Positions 16,763 to 23,781 of a DNA stretch of 47,578 bases are shown piece after piece. The translations under genes and the position numbers were made by a program. The notes under the pieces were generated by a model. It worked only from the letters and a program-made list of their open reading frames with translations. It did not search any database and was not told where the DNA came from. Numbering within the stretch: position 1 is the first letter of the stretch; every line of letters starts with the position of its first letter. Source of the stretch: a virus (taxonomy: Duplodnaviria > Caudoviricetes); IMG/VR virus record IMGVR_UViG_3300037311_000476, positions 1 through 47,578 of that record. One strand, 5' to 3'.

Positions 16763-18247
16763 CTACTGGGTTTGAGCCGCTTTGCTCTCCCTATCCCAGT
16801 CATCCGCCTTGACGTATTTCATCAACATCGTGAACGAACTCAGGACTGCGTCATGCGGCGTGATCGACTTGAGTTGTCCGTCTTCGAAGAAGTGATGAGT
16901 GGCACCGAGGAGCGCCTCAACCTTTAACGGATGCTTGGCGTTCGGATTATGAAAAACCTGAATCTCTTGCGTCCAGAACTCCTCATAACCCTCGTCTCTC
17001 ACATCAACAGAAAAGGCTTCCCCCACCATCGCGTTAGGGTCAGGGTTGTAGCGTAGCCCAATGCGGAAATAGCCGTAACCGTCGGCGCCAAAATTTGCTG
17101 TCACGCCCATCCGATCAAATTTTGCGATGGTGCCTGCATTCGAAAAGATAACCGCCGAAACGTTCTCTGCATCTGGCAGGTCGAAGAAGCCAGAAGGAAC
17201 TCGCTTACCTTTGTATTCGTGCTCTTCGATCGCATGAGTGTCGATAATCAGCTGATCGCCTTCGAAGCGCCATGTGACGCGTGAACCGTACAAATATTGC
17301 CAGAGCGCTGACTGCGTATAGGTCATTGGCCCCAGTTCATCCTTATCGGCGGGTTTGTGAAAGTCCGCGATGGCGATCACGAACGGTTTGTCTTTGCTCT
17401 CGTCTCGCTCCCAATATCGTTGGCCCGCAGCGTTGACCTTGTTGAGCTTGCCGGTCAGGGCACCGCCAAACTTCATAGGCATGTAGTCGCGAAGAAATTG
17501 TTCTCGCTCTTCTTCAGTCTTTGGGTTCGGATGCTCTTCGAGCACGCCTCCCTTGGATGGGGCGACCGTTGTAGCCTCGACGGTGAAATCCACACCCGGC
17601 GCCCGGCACCGGAAGTCGGGAGCGTCAAGTTGCTCGACGTCAAGAAAGAACTCCCGGAAAGTTGCCCAAAGAAACAACTCCCAAAGCCTTTGATCAAAGC
17701 CGTTTGTCTGGAATTCTCGCACGAAGTGAGGGTCTTTCGGGGCGAGCCAAAGAGCGAGTTCTGATATTACCTTGCGGGCCGGTGCCCTGCCTGGCTCGTC
17801 CTTCAGGAGTTTGAAGTAGGGATGGAGCTTTTCCTCCGGCAAGTCGGCGGGCACTTCAAACGGATCAAGCGGGCTATTGGTTTCGTCACCCTGCTTGCCA
17901 AACTCCTCGATCTCTCCCTTTTCAATAACCTCCGACATCGCAATCCAGAGTTGCCGTTCTGCGTACTCTTGCGTTCTAAAATCAGTCTTCAAAGAAGCGC
18001 AGCGGAAACGGCCAATCCGATCCCTCGCAAGAATCATCCAGAGGTAGTCGTTGTCTGTCGTGTCGCGCGCCACCATGCCGAGGAGATCCTCTTCGGGGGA
18101 GCACCACCAAGACACCTCCTCGCACATGTATGCAGTGCGCGAGAGCCGAGTGCCCGTAGTGTACAGGTTGAAACGGGCACGCTTGATGGGACGCGCAAAT
18201 GCTTTCGCCCGCTCCTCGATCTGTCTACGGCGCTTCGCCTCACCCAT
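16763..18247 (-). CDS. Accessory protein with restriction-endonuclease-like motif
   Basis: Antisense and visibly more AT-rich; RLWELF...APDF...TVEAT and VFHNPNAKHP; start MGEAKRR (alternative TTG at 18256). Confidence 0.75.
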   Translation of the reverse strand: MGEAKRRRQIEERAKAFARPIKRARFNLYTTGTRLSRTAYMCEEVSWWCSPEEDLLGMVARDTTDNDYLWMILARDRIGRFRCASLKTDFRTQEYAERQLWIAMSEVIEKGEIEEFGKQGDETNSPLDPFEVPADLPEEKLHPYFKLLKDEPGRAPARKVISELALWLAPKDPHFVREFQTNGFDQRLWELFLWATFREFFLDVEQLDAPDFRCRAPGVDFTVEATTVAPSKGGVLEEHPNPKTEEEREQFLRDYMPMKFGGALTGKLNKVNAAGQRYWERDESKDKPFVIAIADFHKPADKDELGPMTYTQSALWQYLYGSRVTWRFEGDQLIIDTHAIEEHEYKGKRVPSGFFDLPDAENVSAVIFSNAGTIAKFDRMGVTANFGADGYGYFRIGLRYNPDPNAMVGEAFSVDVRDEGYEEFWTQEIQVFHNPNAKHPLKVEALLGATHHFFEDGQLKSITPHDAVLSSFTMLMKYVKADDWDRESKAAQTQ

Positions 18248-18328
18248 TGCTGTCAACCTCGAGATTGCAGATCACCGGGGCTCTTCTAGCCGATCAGGGC
18301 GTGCAGCGCAGCGGCAATCTACTGCCGC

Positions 18329-18411
18329 GTGTCAAGACCTTCTCGTGATCTGACACATTTCTTTGTGAGACATCGCAAGGCGAGACGGATCGCCCTTCGG
18401 ACGGTATCCAT
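18329..18411 (+). promoter_or_regulatory. Candidate late promoter with 15-bp-period GA(G/C)AC repeats
   Basis: TGACACA 18351, TGAGACA 18366 and CGAGACG 18381; inverted GTGTCA (18329)/TGACAC (18351); lies upstream of the late operon. Confidence 0.4.
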
Positions 18412-18518
18412 GGCGATATGCTCGGGTTCGTGCGCTCGGACGCAGCAGGGCTGATTCCGAGGTGGATACCTCCGCTGGTTTCCAGAGTCCGGCCGGGGTC
18501 CAGCCCACGGCAGTTTCC

Positions 18519-18591
18519 GGTTCCTTCCTAGCGACATTCGTATGCTGGCGGGCGAAGCGCGGCACATCGCTAGCGACAGGGCCGGATTTTT
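18519..18591 (+). other. Candidate lambda-like cos site (cosQ/cosN-like)
   Basis: GGTTCCT (lambda cosQ is GGGTCCT), then a GC-rich 12-mer TGGCGGGCGAAG followed by CGCGGCACATCGCTA (lambda has CGCGGGTTTTCGCTA); the phage has a gpA-type terminase. Confidence 0.55.
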
Positions 18592-18760
18592 GGGAAGCCA
18601 CCCGGAAGCCGGAGCCACGCGCGCCCCGCGCAAACACCAATGAACGCTGGCCTTTGGGCTGGATACCCCGAACGCCGCTGGACCCCACGTGGAGTCCAGC
18701 GCGGAATCCGGTGTCCGGAGTCCGGCTGGCATCCAACATCACATCGGAAACCACCCCACC

Positions 18761-20101
18761 ATGACGCTTAGCTTCGCCCCCGAGCGGATCGAGATGTGGC
18801 CGCTGTCGCGGCTGCAGCCTTACGCGAAGAACGCCAAGGTGCATGTCGCGGACCAGGTCGCCAAGATCGCCGCCAGCATGGCGGAGTTCGGCTGGACCGT
18901 GCCGTGCCTCGTGGCCGAGGATGGGGAACTGATCGCAGGCCATGGCCGGGTGCTGGCCGCGACGCAACTCGGTTTGACCGAAGCGCCGGTGATCGTGCTC
19001 GGGCATCTGACGGAGGCGCAGCGGCGGGCCTATCGCATCGCGGACAACAAGCTGACCGAACTCGGCACTTGGGACGAGGCGCTGCTGTCGGCGGAACTGA
19101 ACGACCTGCTGGCCGAGGATTTCGACCTGTCGCTGGTCGGCTTCTCCGACGGCGAACTCGACAAGCTGCTGGCCTTCGTGCCGGAGGGGGACGGTGAAGA
19201 AGGTGGCGCTGGTGGCTCGGTGCCGCCAGTGACCATCCCCGAGCCACCGCGCAATCCGGCGTCGCGGACGGGCGATCTGTGGATCCTCGGGGATCATCGG
19301 TTACTCTGCGGCGACAGCACCAGCGCGGCCGATGTGCGCCGCTTGATGAAGGGCGAGCGGGCGATCCTATTCGCGACGGACCCGCCGTATCTGGTGGACT
19401 ACGACGGTTCCAACCACCCGACCCGCAACAAGGACTGGTCGGCGTCCTATGGCACGACCTGGGACGACAGCTCGCAGGGGGCCGAACTCTACGACGGCTT
19501 CATCGCGGCGGCCGTGGCGGAAGCCATCGCCGACAATGCCGCCTGGTACTGCTGGCACGCCTCGCGCCGCCAGGCGATGCTCGAGGCCTGCTGGGAAAAG
19601 GCGGGGGCCTTCGTCCACCAGCAGATCATCTGGGTGAAGGACCGCGGGGTTCTGACCCGATCCCACTACCTCTGGAAGCACGAGCCTTGCTTCATGGGCT
19701 GGCGTCGCCCGAACCGCCCGCCGAAGGTGGCCGAGGAAACGCTGCCATCCACATGGGCGCTGCCCAGCTTCGCCAAGGATGATCGGCCCGATCACCCCAC
19801 GCCGAAGCCGCTCGACGCCTTCGGGATCCCGATGCGCCAGCATGTGGCGCGGGGCGGCCTCTGCTACGAGCCGTTCTCTGGCTCCGGCTCGCAGATCATG
19901 GCAGGTGAGGCCAATGGCCGTCGTGTCTTCGCGATGGAAATCAGCCCGGCCTATGTCGATGTCGCGGTGGAACGCTGGCAGGCCGAGACCGGCATAGACG
20001 CGATCCTCGACGGCGACGGTCGGACCTTCGCGCAAATCAGAACGGAGAGGCTGGGGGATGCCTCGGCCGAGCCCGAAACCCAAACCGAACCCGCCGCGTG
20101 A
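18761..20101 (+). CDS. ParB-N domain fused to beta-class N6A/N4C DNA methyltransferase
   Basis: ParB-like IAGHGRVLAA and IADNKL; MTase DPPY, HPTPKP and YEPFSGSGS. Confidence 0.92.
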   Translation: MTLSFAPERIEMWPLSRLQPYAKNAKVHVADQVAKIAASMAEFGWTVPCLVAEDGELIAGHGRVLAATQLGLTEAPVIVLGHLTEAQRRAYRIADNKLTELGTWDEALLSAELNDLLAEDFDLSLVGFSDGELDKLLAFVPEGDGEEGGAGGSVPPVTIPEPPRNPASRTGDLWILGDHRLLCGDSTSAADVRRLMKGERAILFATDPPYLVDYDGSNHPTRNKDWSASYGTTWDDSSQGAELYDGFIAAAVAEAIADNAAWYCWHASRRQAMLEACWEKAGAFVHQQIIWVKDRGVLTRSHYLWKHEPCFMGWRRPNRPPKVAEETLPSTWALPSFAKDDRPDHPTPKPLDAFGIPMRQHVARGGLCYEPFSGSGSQIMAGEANGRRVFAMEISPAYVDVAVERWQAETGIDAILDGDGRTFAQIRTERLGDASAEPETQTEPAA

Positions 20102-21213
20102 CATGCATGACCTGGCTTTACCTTCCTCCGGAGACACTTCCGGGGCCGGAGACGCATGCCTCTTCGGCCTCTCCCTCTGCTCCGGCGCGGGCGGGCTCGA
20201 CCTCGGGCTCGCCATCGCCCTCCCCGGATATCGTGCTGTGGGCCATGTCGAACGGGAAACCTACGCCGCAGCCACTCTCGTGGCGCGGATGGAAGACGCG
20301 TCCATGGATCAAGCTGTTGTCTGGGACGACGTTGCCACCTTCGACGGCCGCCCGTGGCGCGGCGCGGTGGACATCGTCACTGCGGGCTATCCGTGCCAGC
20401 CGTTCTCCGTCGCGGGCAAGCGCCAGGGCGCGGACGACCCGCGCCACCTCTGGCCCCATGTCGCTCGCATCATCGGCGAGGTCGGACCGCCCTTCGTCTT
20501 CCTCGAGAATGTCGCCCATCATCTCCGTCTCGGCTTCCCCGAAGTCGCCAGCGGACTGGTCGGCATGGGCTACCGCCTTGCGGCAGGCCTCTTCACGGCG
20601 GCGGAAGTCGGCGCGCCTCACAAGCGAGAGCGGCTCTTCATCCTCGCCATCCGCGAGGGGGACGAGCTGGCCGACCCCGCGCGCCTGCTCTGGCACCCGT
20701 TCGAGTGGCGGGAACCGGACGGAACTGCTGCGGCTCTGGCCGACGCCGCGCGCCAGCGCCAACGAGAACCGGCAGACCAAGCCGACGCCCTCGCAGGAAG
20801 CGGGCCAGCACGGGATGAACCTTGCGACGACGGCCGCGCTCTGGCCGACGCCGATGGCCAACGACGGCTGCAAGCCGAGCGCGGGCAATCGCCGCGCGGC
20901 CGATCTGACCCATTCGGCCGGGCTCTGGATGACGCCGACGGCACGCGATCACAAGGACGGAGCGACGAGCCTTGCCAACACGCCGGTGAACGGCCTGCTT
21001 GGCCGCCAGGTCCTGGCGACGCCGATGGCTGGGCGCCATACCTCCGAGCCGCGCCGGACCTTGAACCCGCTGTTCGTCGAGGCGCTGATGGGCTGGCCCA
21101 CCGGGTGGACCGGCTTCGCCTCTGTGGCAACGGCGTGGTCCCCCTGGTTGCGGCGCATGCGCTGCGAACTCTGGCGGCTGAATTGCTGGCCGATGGATGA
21201 GGTGGCGGCATGA
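20098..21213 (+). CDS. Overlapping alternative-frame protein with WPTP repeats and MTase motif IX-like segment (beta-like chain)
   Basis: 371 aa; GTGA overlap upstream and ATGA overlap downstream; WPTP-type repeats; LNPLFVEALMGWP at 21061-21099. Confidence 0.7.
   Translation: MTCMTWLYLPPETLPGPETHASSASPSAPARAGSTSGSPSPSPDIVLWAMSNGKPTPQPLSWRGWKTRPWIKLLSGTTLPPSTAARGAARWTSSLRAIRASRSPSRASARARTTRATSGPMSLASSARSDRPSSSSRMSPIISVSASPKSPADWSAWATALRQASSRRRKSARLTSESGSSSSPSARGTSWPTPRACSGTRSSGGNRTELLRLWPTPRASANENRQTKPTPSQEAGQHGMNLATTAALWPTPMANDGCKPSAGNRRAADLTHSAGLWMTPTARDHKDGATSLANTPVNGLLGRQVLATPMAGRHTSEPRRTLNPLFVEALMGWPTGWTGFASVATAWSPWLRRMRCELWRLNCWPMDEVAA
20103..21200 (+). CDS. C5-cytosine DNA methyltransferase, alpha-like chain (motifs I-VIII and X)
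   Basis: SLCSGAGG (I), AGYPCQPFS (IV), FLENV (VI), PHKRERLF (VIII) and LCGNGVVP (X); no motif IX in this frame. Confidence 0.88.
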   Translation: MHDLALPSSGDTSGAGDACLFGLSLCSGAGGLDLGLAIALPGYRAVGHVERETYAAATLVARMEDASMDQAVVWDDVATFDGRPWRGAVDIVTAGYPCQPFSVAGKRQGADDPRHLWPHVARIIGEVGPPFVFLENVAHHLRLGFPEVASGLVGMGYRLAAGLFTAAEVGAPHKRERLFILAIREGDELADPARLLWHPFEWREPDGTAAALADAARQRQREPADQADALAGSGPARDEPCDDGRALADADGQRRLQAERGQSPRGRSDPFGRALDDADGTRSQGRSDEPCQHAGERPAWPPGPGDADGWAPYLRAAPDLEPAVRRGADGLAHRVDRLRLCGNGVVPLVAAHALRTLAAELLADG

Positions 21214-21431
21214 AGCAATCCCGCATCATGTCGCTGCTCGAGTCCGTCGCCAACGTGATCGTCGGTTACGGCGTCGCCGTCGCCACGCAGATCCTGATCT
21301 TCCCGGTCTTCGGGCTGCACACGACACTGGCGCAGAACCTCAAGATGGGCGCGGTGTTCACGGTAGTCAGCATCGCTCGGTCCTACGTCCTGCGGCGGCT
21401 GTTCGAGCGATTGAAAAAGGGACAGCCTTGA
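21210..21431 (+). CDS. Small two-TM membrane protein
   Basis: MKQSRIMSLLESVANVIVGYGVAVATQILIFPVFGL; GAGGT RBS. Confidence 0.8.
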   Translation: MKQSRIMSLLESVANVIVGYGVAVATQILIFPVFGLHTTLAQNLKMGAVFTVVSIARSYVLRRLFERLKKGQP

Positions 21432-21437
21432 TCGCAC

Positions 21438-22040
21438 TTATCGATTATCTGGCCAAATTCGCTTGCCTGGTCCAGCACCGCCCGGAAACTGAAACCCCAT
21501 ATGGGTAACGGTATCGATTACCGCGGCCGCAAGTTCGGCAACGTGGCTTTGAACCTGATGGAGGTAAGCAACGTCAATCGGTGTGCCGAAGATCTCTTTT
21601 CGCTTGTTTACGAATAGCGGTAGCGAGCGCCCTTCGCGGTCCGGCGTCCGCCACGAACCATGACAGATCACGTTCCTGATCTCAGACGCCTCCTTGATCG
21701 CGGCGACGAGTTCGTCAACGTTCTCAGTGGTGCTTTTGGCATTGTCGCGAACCGCCTTACCATAGGCTTCAGCAAGCGGCTTCAATGTGTCGGTCAAGGC
21801 TCGCTCAAGGGTTGGAAGCCATGAAGCGTAAGCCTCCTGCGCCTCTGCGGACGTTTCATACGGACGAGTCGCGGTAAATGCGAAGATCGCTTTGCCCAAA
21901 ACTTCCTCAAGAAAGCCGTAGGTTGCGACAGTTCTACCCAGCTGTTCCCAGAATTCGGGCGAATGGCGGTGGGTGGGCCACTTTGGAGGCAGGTTGTCGC
22001 GATCAATAATCGCTCGATTGACATCTTCGTCTTCGATCAT
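21438..22040 (-). CDS. Accessory protein with HEPN-like R-x4-H motif
   Basis: Antisense and more AT-rich; helical, with LEEVL and RNVICH. Confidence 0.65.
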   Translation of the reverse strand: MIEDEDVNRAIIDRDNLPPKWPTHRHSPEFWEQLGRTVATYGFLEEVLGKAIFAFTATRPYETSAEAQEAYASWLPTLERALTDTLKPLAEAYGKAVRDNAKSTTENVDELVAAIKEASEIRNVICHGSWRTPDREGRSLPLFVNKRKEIFGTPIDVAYLHQVQSHVAELAAAVIDTVTHMGFQFPGGAGPGKRIWPDNR

Positions 22041-22171
22041 GTTGTGCCGCCATTCACAGTTTCTCCCGCAACATGCCACGCCGTATGATGCCCGTCACGA
22101 GCCTCACTGGTCGCATAGGAAAGGCACACGACACTCCACAGGCCGCCGCCGCGATCTGCTGTCGTGGCAAT

Positions 22172-22200
22172 GAGAAACCGCCGCCCGGTCAGGGCGGCGG
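22172..22200 (-). terminator. Intrinsic terminator downstream of the DUF3489 gene
   Basis: Minus strand CCGCCGCCC-TGACC-GGGCGGCGG-TTTCTC. Confidence 0.7.
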
Positions 22201-22221
22201 CGTAGCAATCATCTCGCGGCG

Positions 22222-22794
22222 TCAGGCGACGGGAAGCCGATAGACCCGCCCGCGCCCCTCGACCTTCTCCGAGGTCACCTCGAGCCCGAGTTGCTTCTTC
22301 AGGGCCCCGGCCATCGCGCCGCGCACCGTGTGCGACTGCCAGCCCGTGGCTGCGATGACCTCCTCGATGGTCGCGCCATCCGGTGCGCGCAGCATGGCGA
22401 TCAGCGTGGCCTGCTTGGTCCCCTCGCGCGGCGTGCGCGCCTTGGGCGCGGCTTCCGGTTCGGTGGCGGTATCCGGCGCGGGCGCGTCGCTCGGCGCGTC
22501 GTTGGCGCCTGTGGGCGCGGTGTTCGTGTCCTCGGGCTCGATGCCGATGGCGGCGAGGCCTGCTTCGGTGGCGACCAGCGTGGTGCCATGGCCGTCGCCG
22601 GTCTCGCACCACATCGGCTCGCCCTTGCGCAGATCGGCGTCGACCTCCTGCAGAAGGCCCTTGGCGAGCATTACGCCGACCACCTTGGCGGCGGCCCCAC
22701 CACGCAGGCTCTCGGGCAGCGGCAGGGCGATGCGCTCGGGCCGCTGGGCGGCGGCGCTCAGGATCAGAGCTTGGGTGTCGGAAAGCTGGGTCAT
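22222..22794 (-). CDS. DUF3489 domain protein (C-terminal wHTH-like)
   Basis: MTQLSDTQALIL; GTKQATLIAMLRAPDGATIEEV...GWQSHTVRGAMAG...GRVYRL. Confidence 0.88.
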   Translation of the reverse strand: MTQLSDTQALILSAAAQRPERIALPLPESLRGGAAAKVVGVMLAKGLLQEVDADLRKGEPMWCETGDGHGTTLVATEAGLAAIGIEPEDTNTAPTGANDAPSDAPAPDTATEPEAAPKARTPREGTKQATLIAMLRAPDGATIEEVIAATGWQSHTVRGAMAGALKKQLGLEVTSEKVEGRGRVYRLPVA

Positions 22795-22884
22795 CGTCTT
22801 CTCCCGTATCGGGGCGCGCGGGATGCGGGCCCTTCTACGAGGCCAAACCCGCCAGTCGGCGGGCGGGACCGGGACCGAGTCGTT

Positions 22885-23109
22885 TCACTCGGCGTGTTCG
22901 CCTTCCTTGAAGGCCATGTCGGAAATCTCGCGCAGTTTGGCGCGGTAGTGGTTCAGGGTGCCGACGTGGCCCCAGTTGATCTCGTCGGGGTGGGTCTCGA
23001 AATGGTCGGCGCTGAGGGCGGCGAGCCGCTCGAGCATCACGTCGATCTCGGCCTTGGCGGCGATGAATGCGTCGAGGGCCTTGGAATTGTCAGTGGCGCG
23101 GCGGGTCAT
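22885..23109 (-). CDS. Small helical hypothetical protein upstream of DUF3489
   Basis: GGAG RBS; ALDAFIAAKAEIDVML...PDEINWGHVG. Confidence 0.8.
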   Translation of the reverse strand: MTRRATDNSKALDAFIAAKAEIDVMLERLAALSADHFETHPDEINWGHVGTLNHYRAKLREISDMAFKEGEHAE

Positions 23110-23220
23110 TCTGGTAGCTCCGAGGTGAGTTGCATCGTTTCGTTGGAGACACGTTCGCTCTGTCCGCAATGCTTATCAACGAGATAAGTGCATGATCTTG
23201 AATGATAATCGGAGCTGTCG

Positions 23221-23781
23221 ATGCAGGGCATGAGCGAGCGCCAGTACGCCGCCCATGTCGGGCTGTCGCGGGGCGCGATCCAGAAGGCGAAGGCGGCCGA
23301 GCGGCTGGCCCTTTATCCCGACGGCAGCATCAACGCAGCCGCCAGCGATGCACGCCGGGCGGAGGCAACCGACCCGTCCAAGACCCGAAAGCCGCCCGAA
23401 CCGAAGCTGAAGCCCGTCCCCGAGGCGGCGGTGGCGGCTGTGGGCGACACGTTGCGCGAACAAGGGTTGGCGGTCCCGGCCGTCGGCGGCGGCACCACCT
23501 TCTTGCAGGCCAAGACGGCGAACGAGGTGCTGAAGGCGCAGGAGCGGCGCATCCGGCTGCAGAAGCTGAAGGGGGAATTGATTGAGCGGGCCCGCGCGCT
23601 GTCGCTGGTGTTCCGGCTCGCGCGTGAGGTGCGGGACGCGTGGGTGAACTGGCCTGCGCGGTCGTCGGCCTTGATGGCGGCCGATCTCGGCGTCGAGCCT
23701 GCCGCCATGCAGAAGGTCCTTGAGAAGCATGTCCGTGCCCACCTCGACGAACTTGCCGAGGTCCGGCCCGACTTCCGGTGA
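23221..23781 (+). CDS. terS: Terminase small subunit (Nu1-like)
   Basis: N-terminal HTH MSERQYAAHVGLSRGAIQKA and coiled coil RIRLQKLKGELI; directly upstream of TerL. Confidence 0.8.
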   Translation: MQGMSERQYAAHVGLSRGAIQKAKAAERLALYPDGSINAAASDARRAEATDPSKTRKPPEPKLKPVPEAAVAAVGDTLREQGLAVPAVGGGTTFLQAKTANEVLKAQERRIRLQKLKGELIERARALSLVFRLAREVRDAWVNWPARSSALMAADLGVEPAAMQKVLEKHVRAHLDELAEVRPDFR

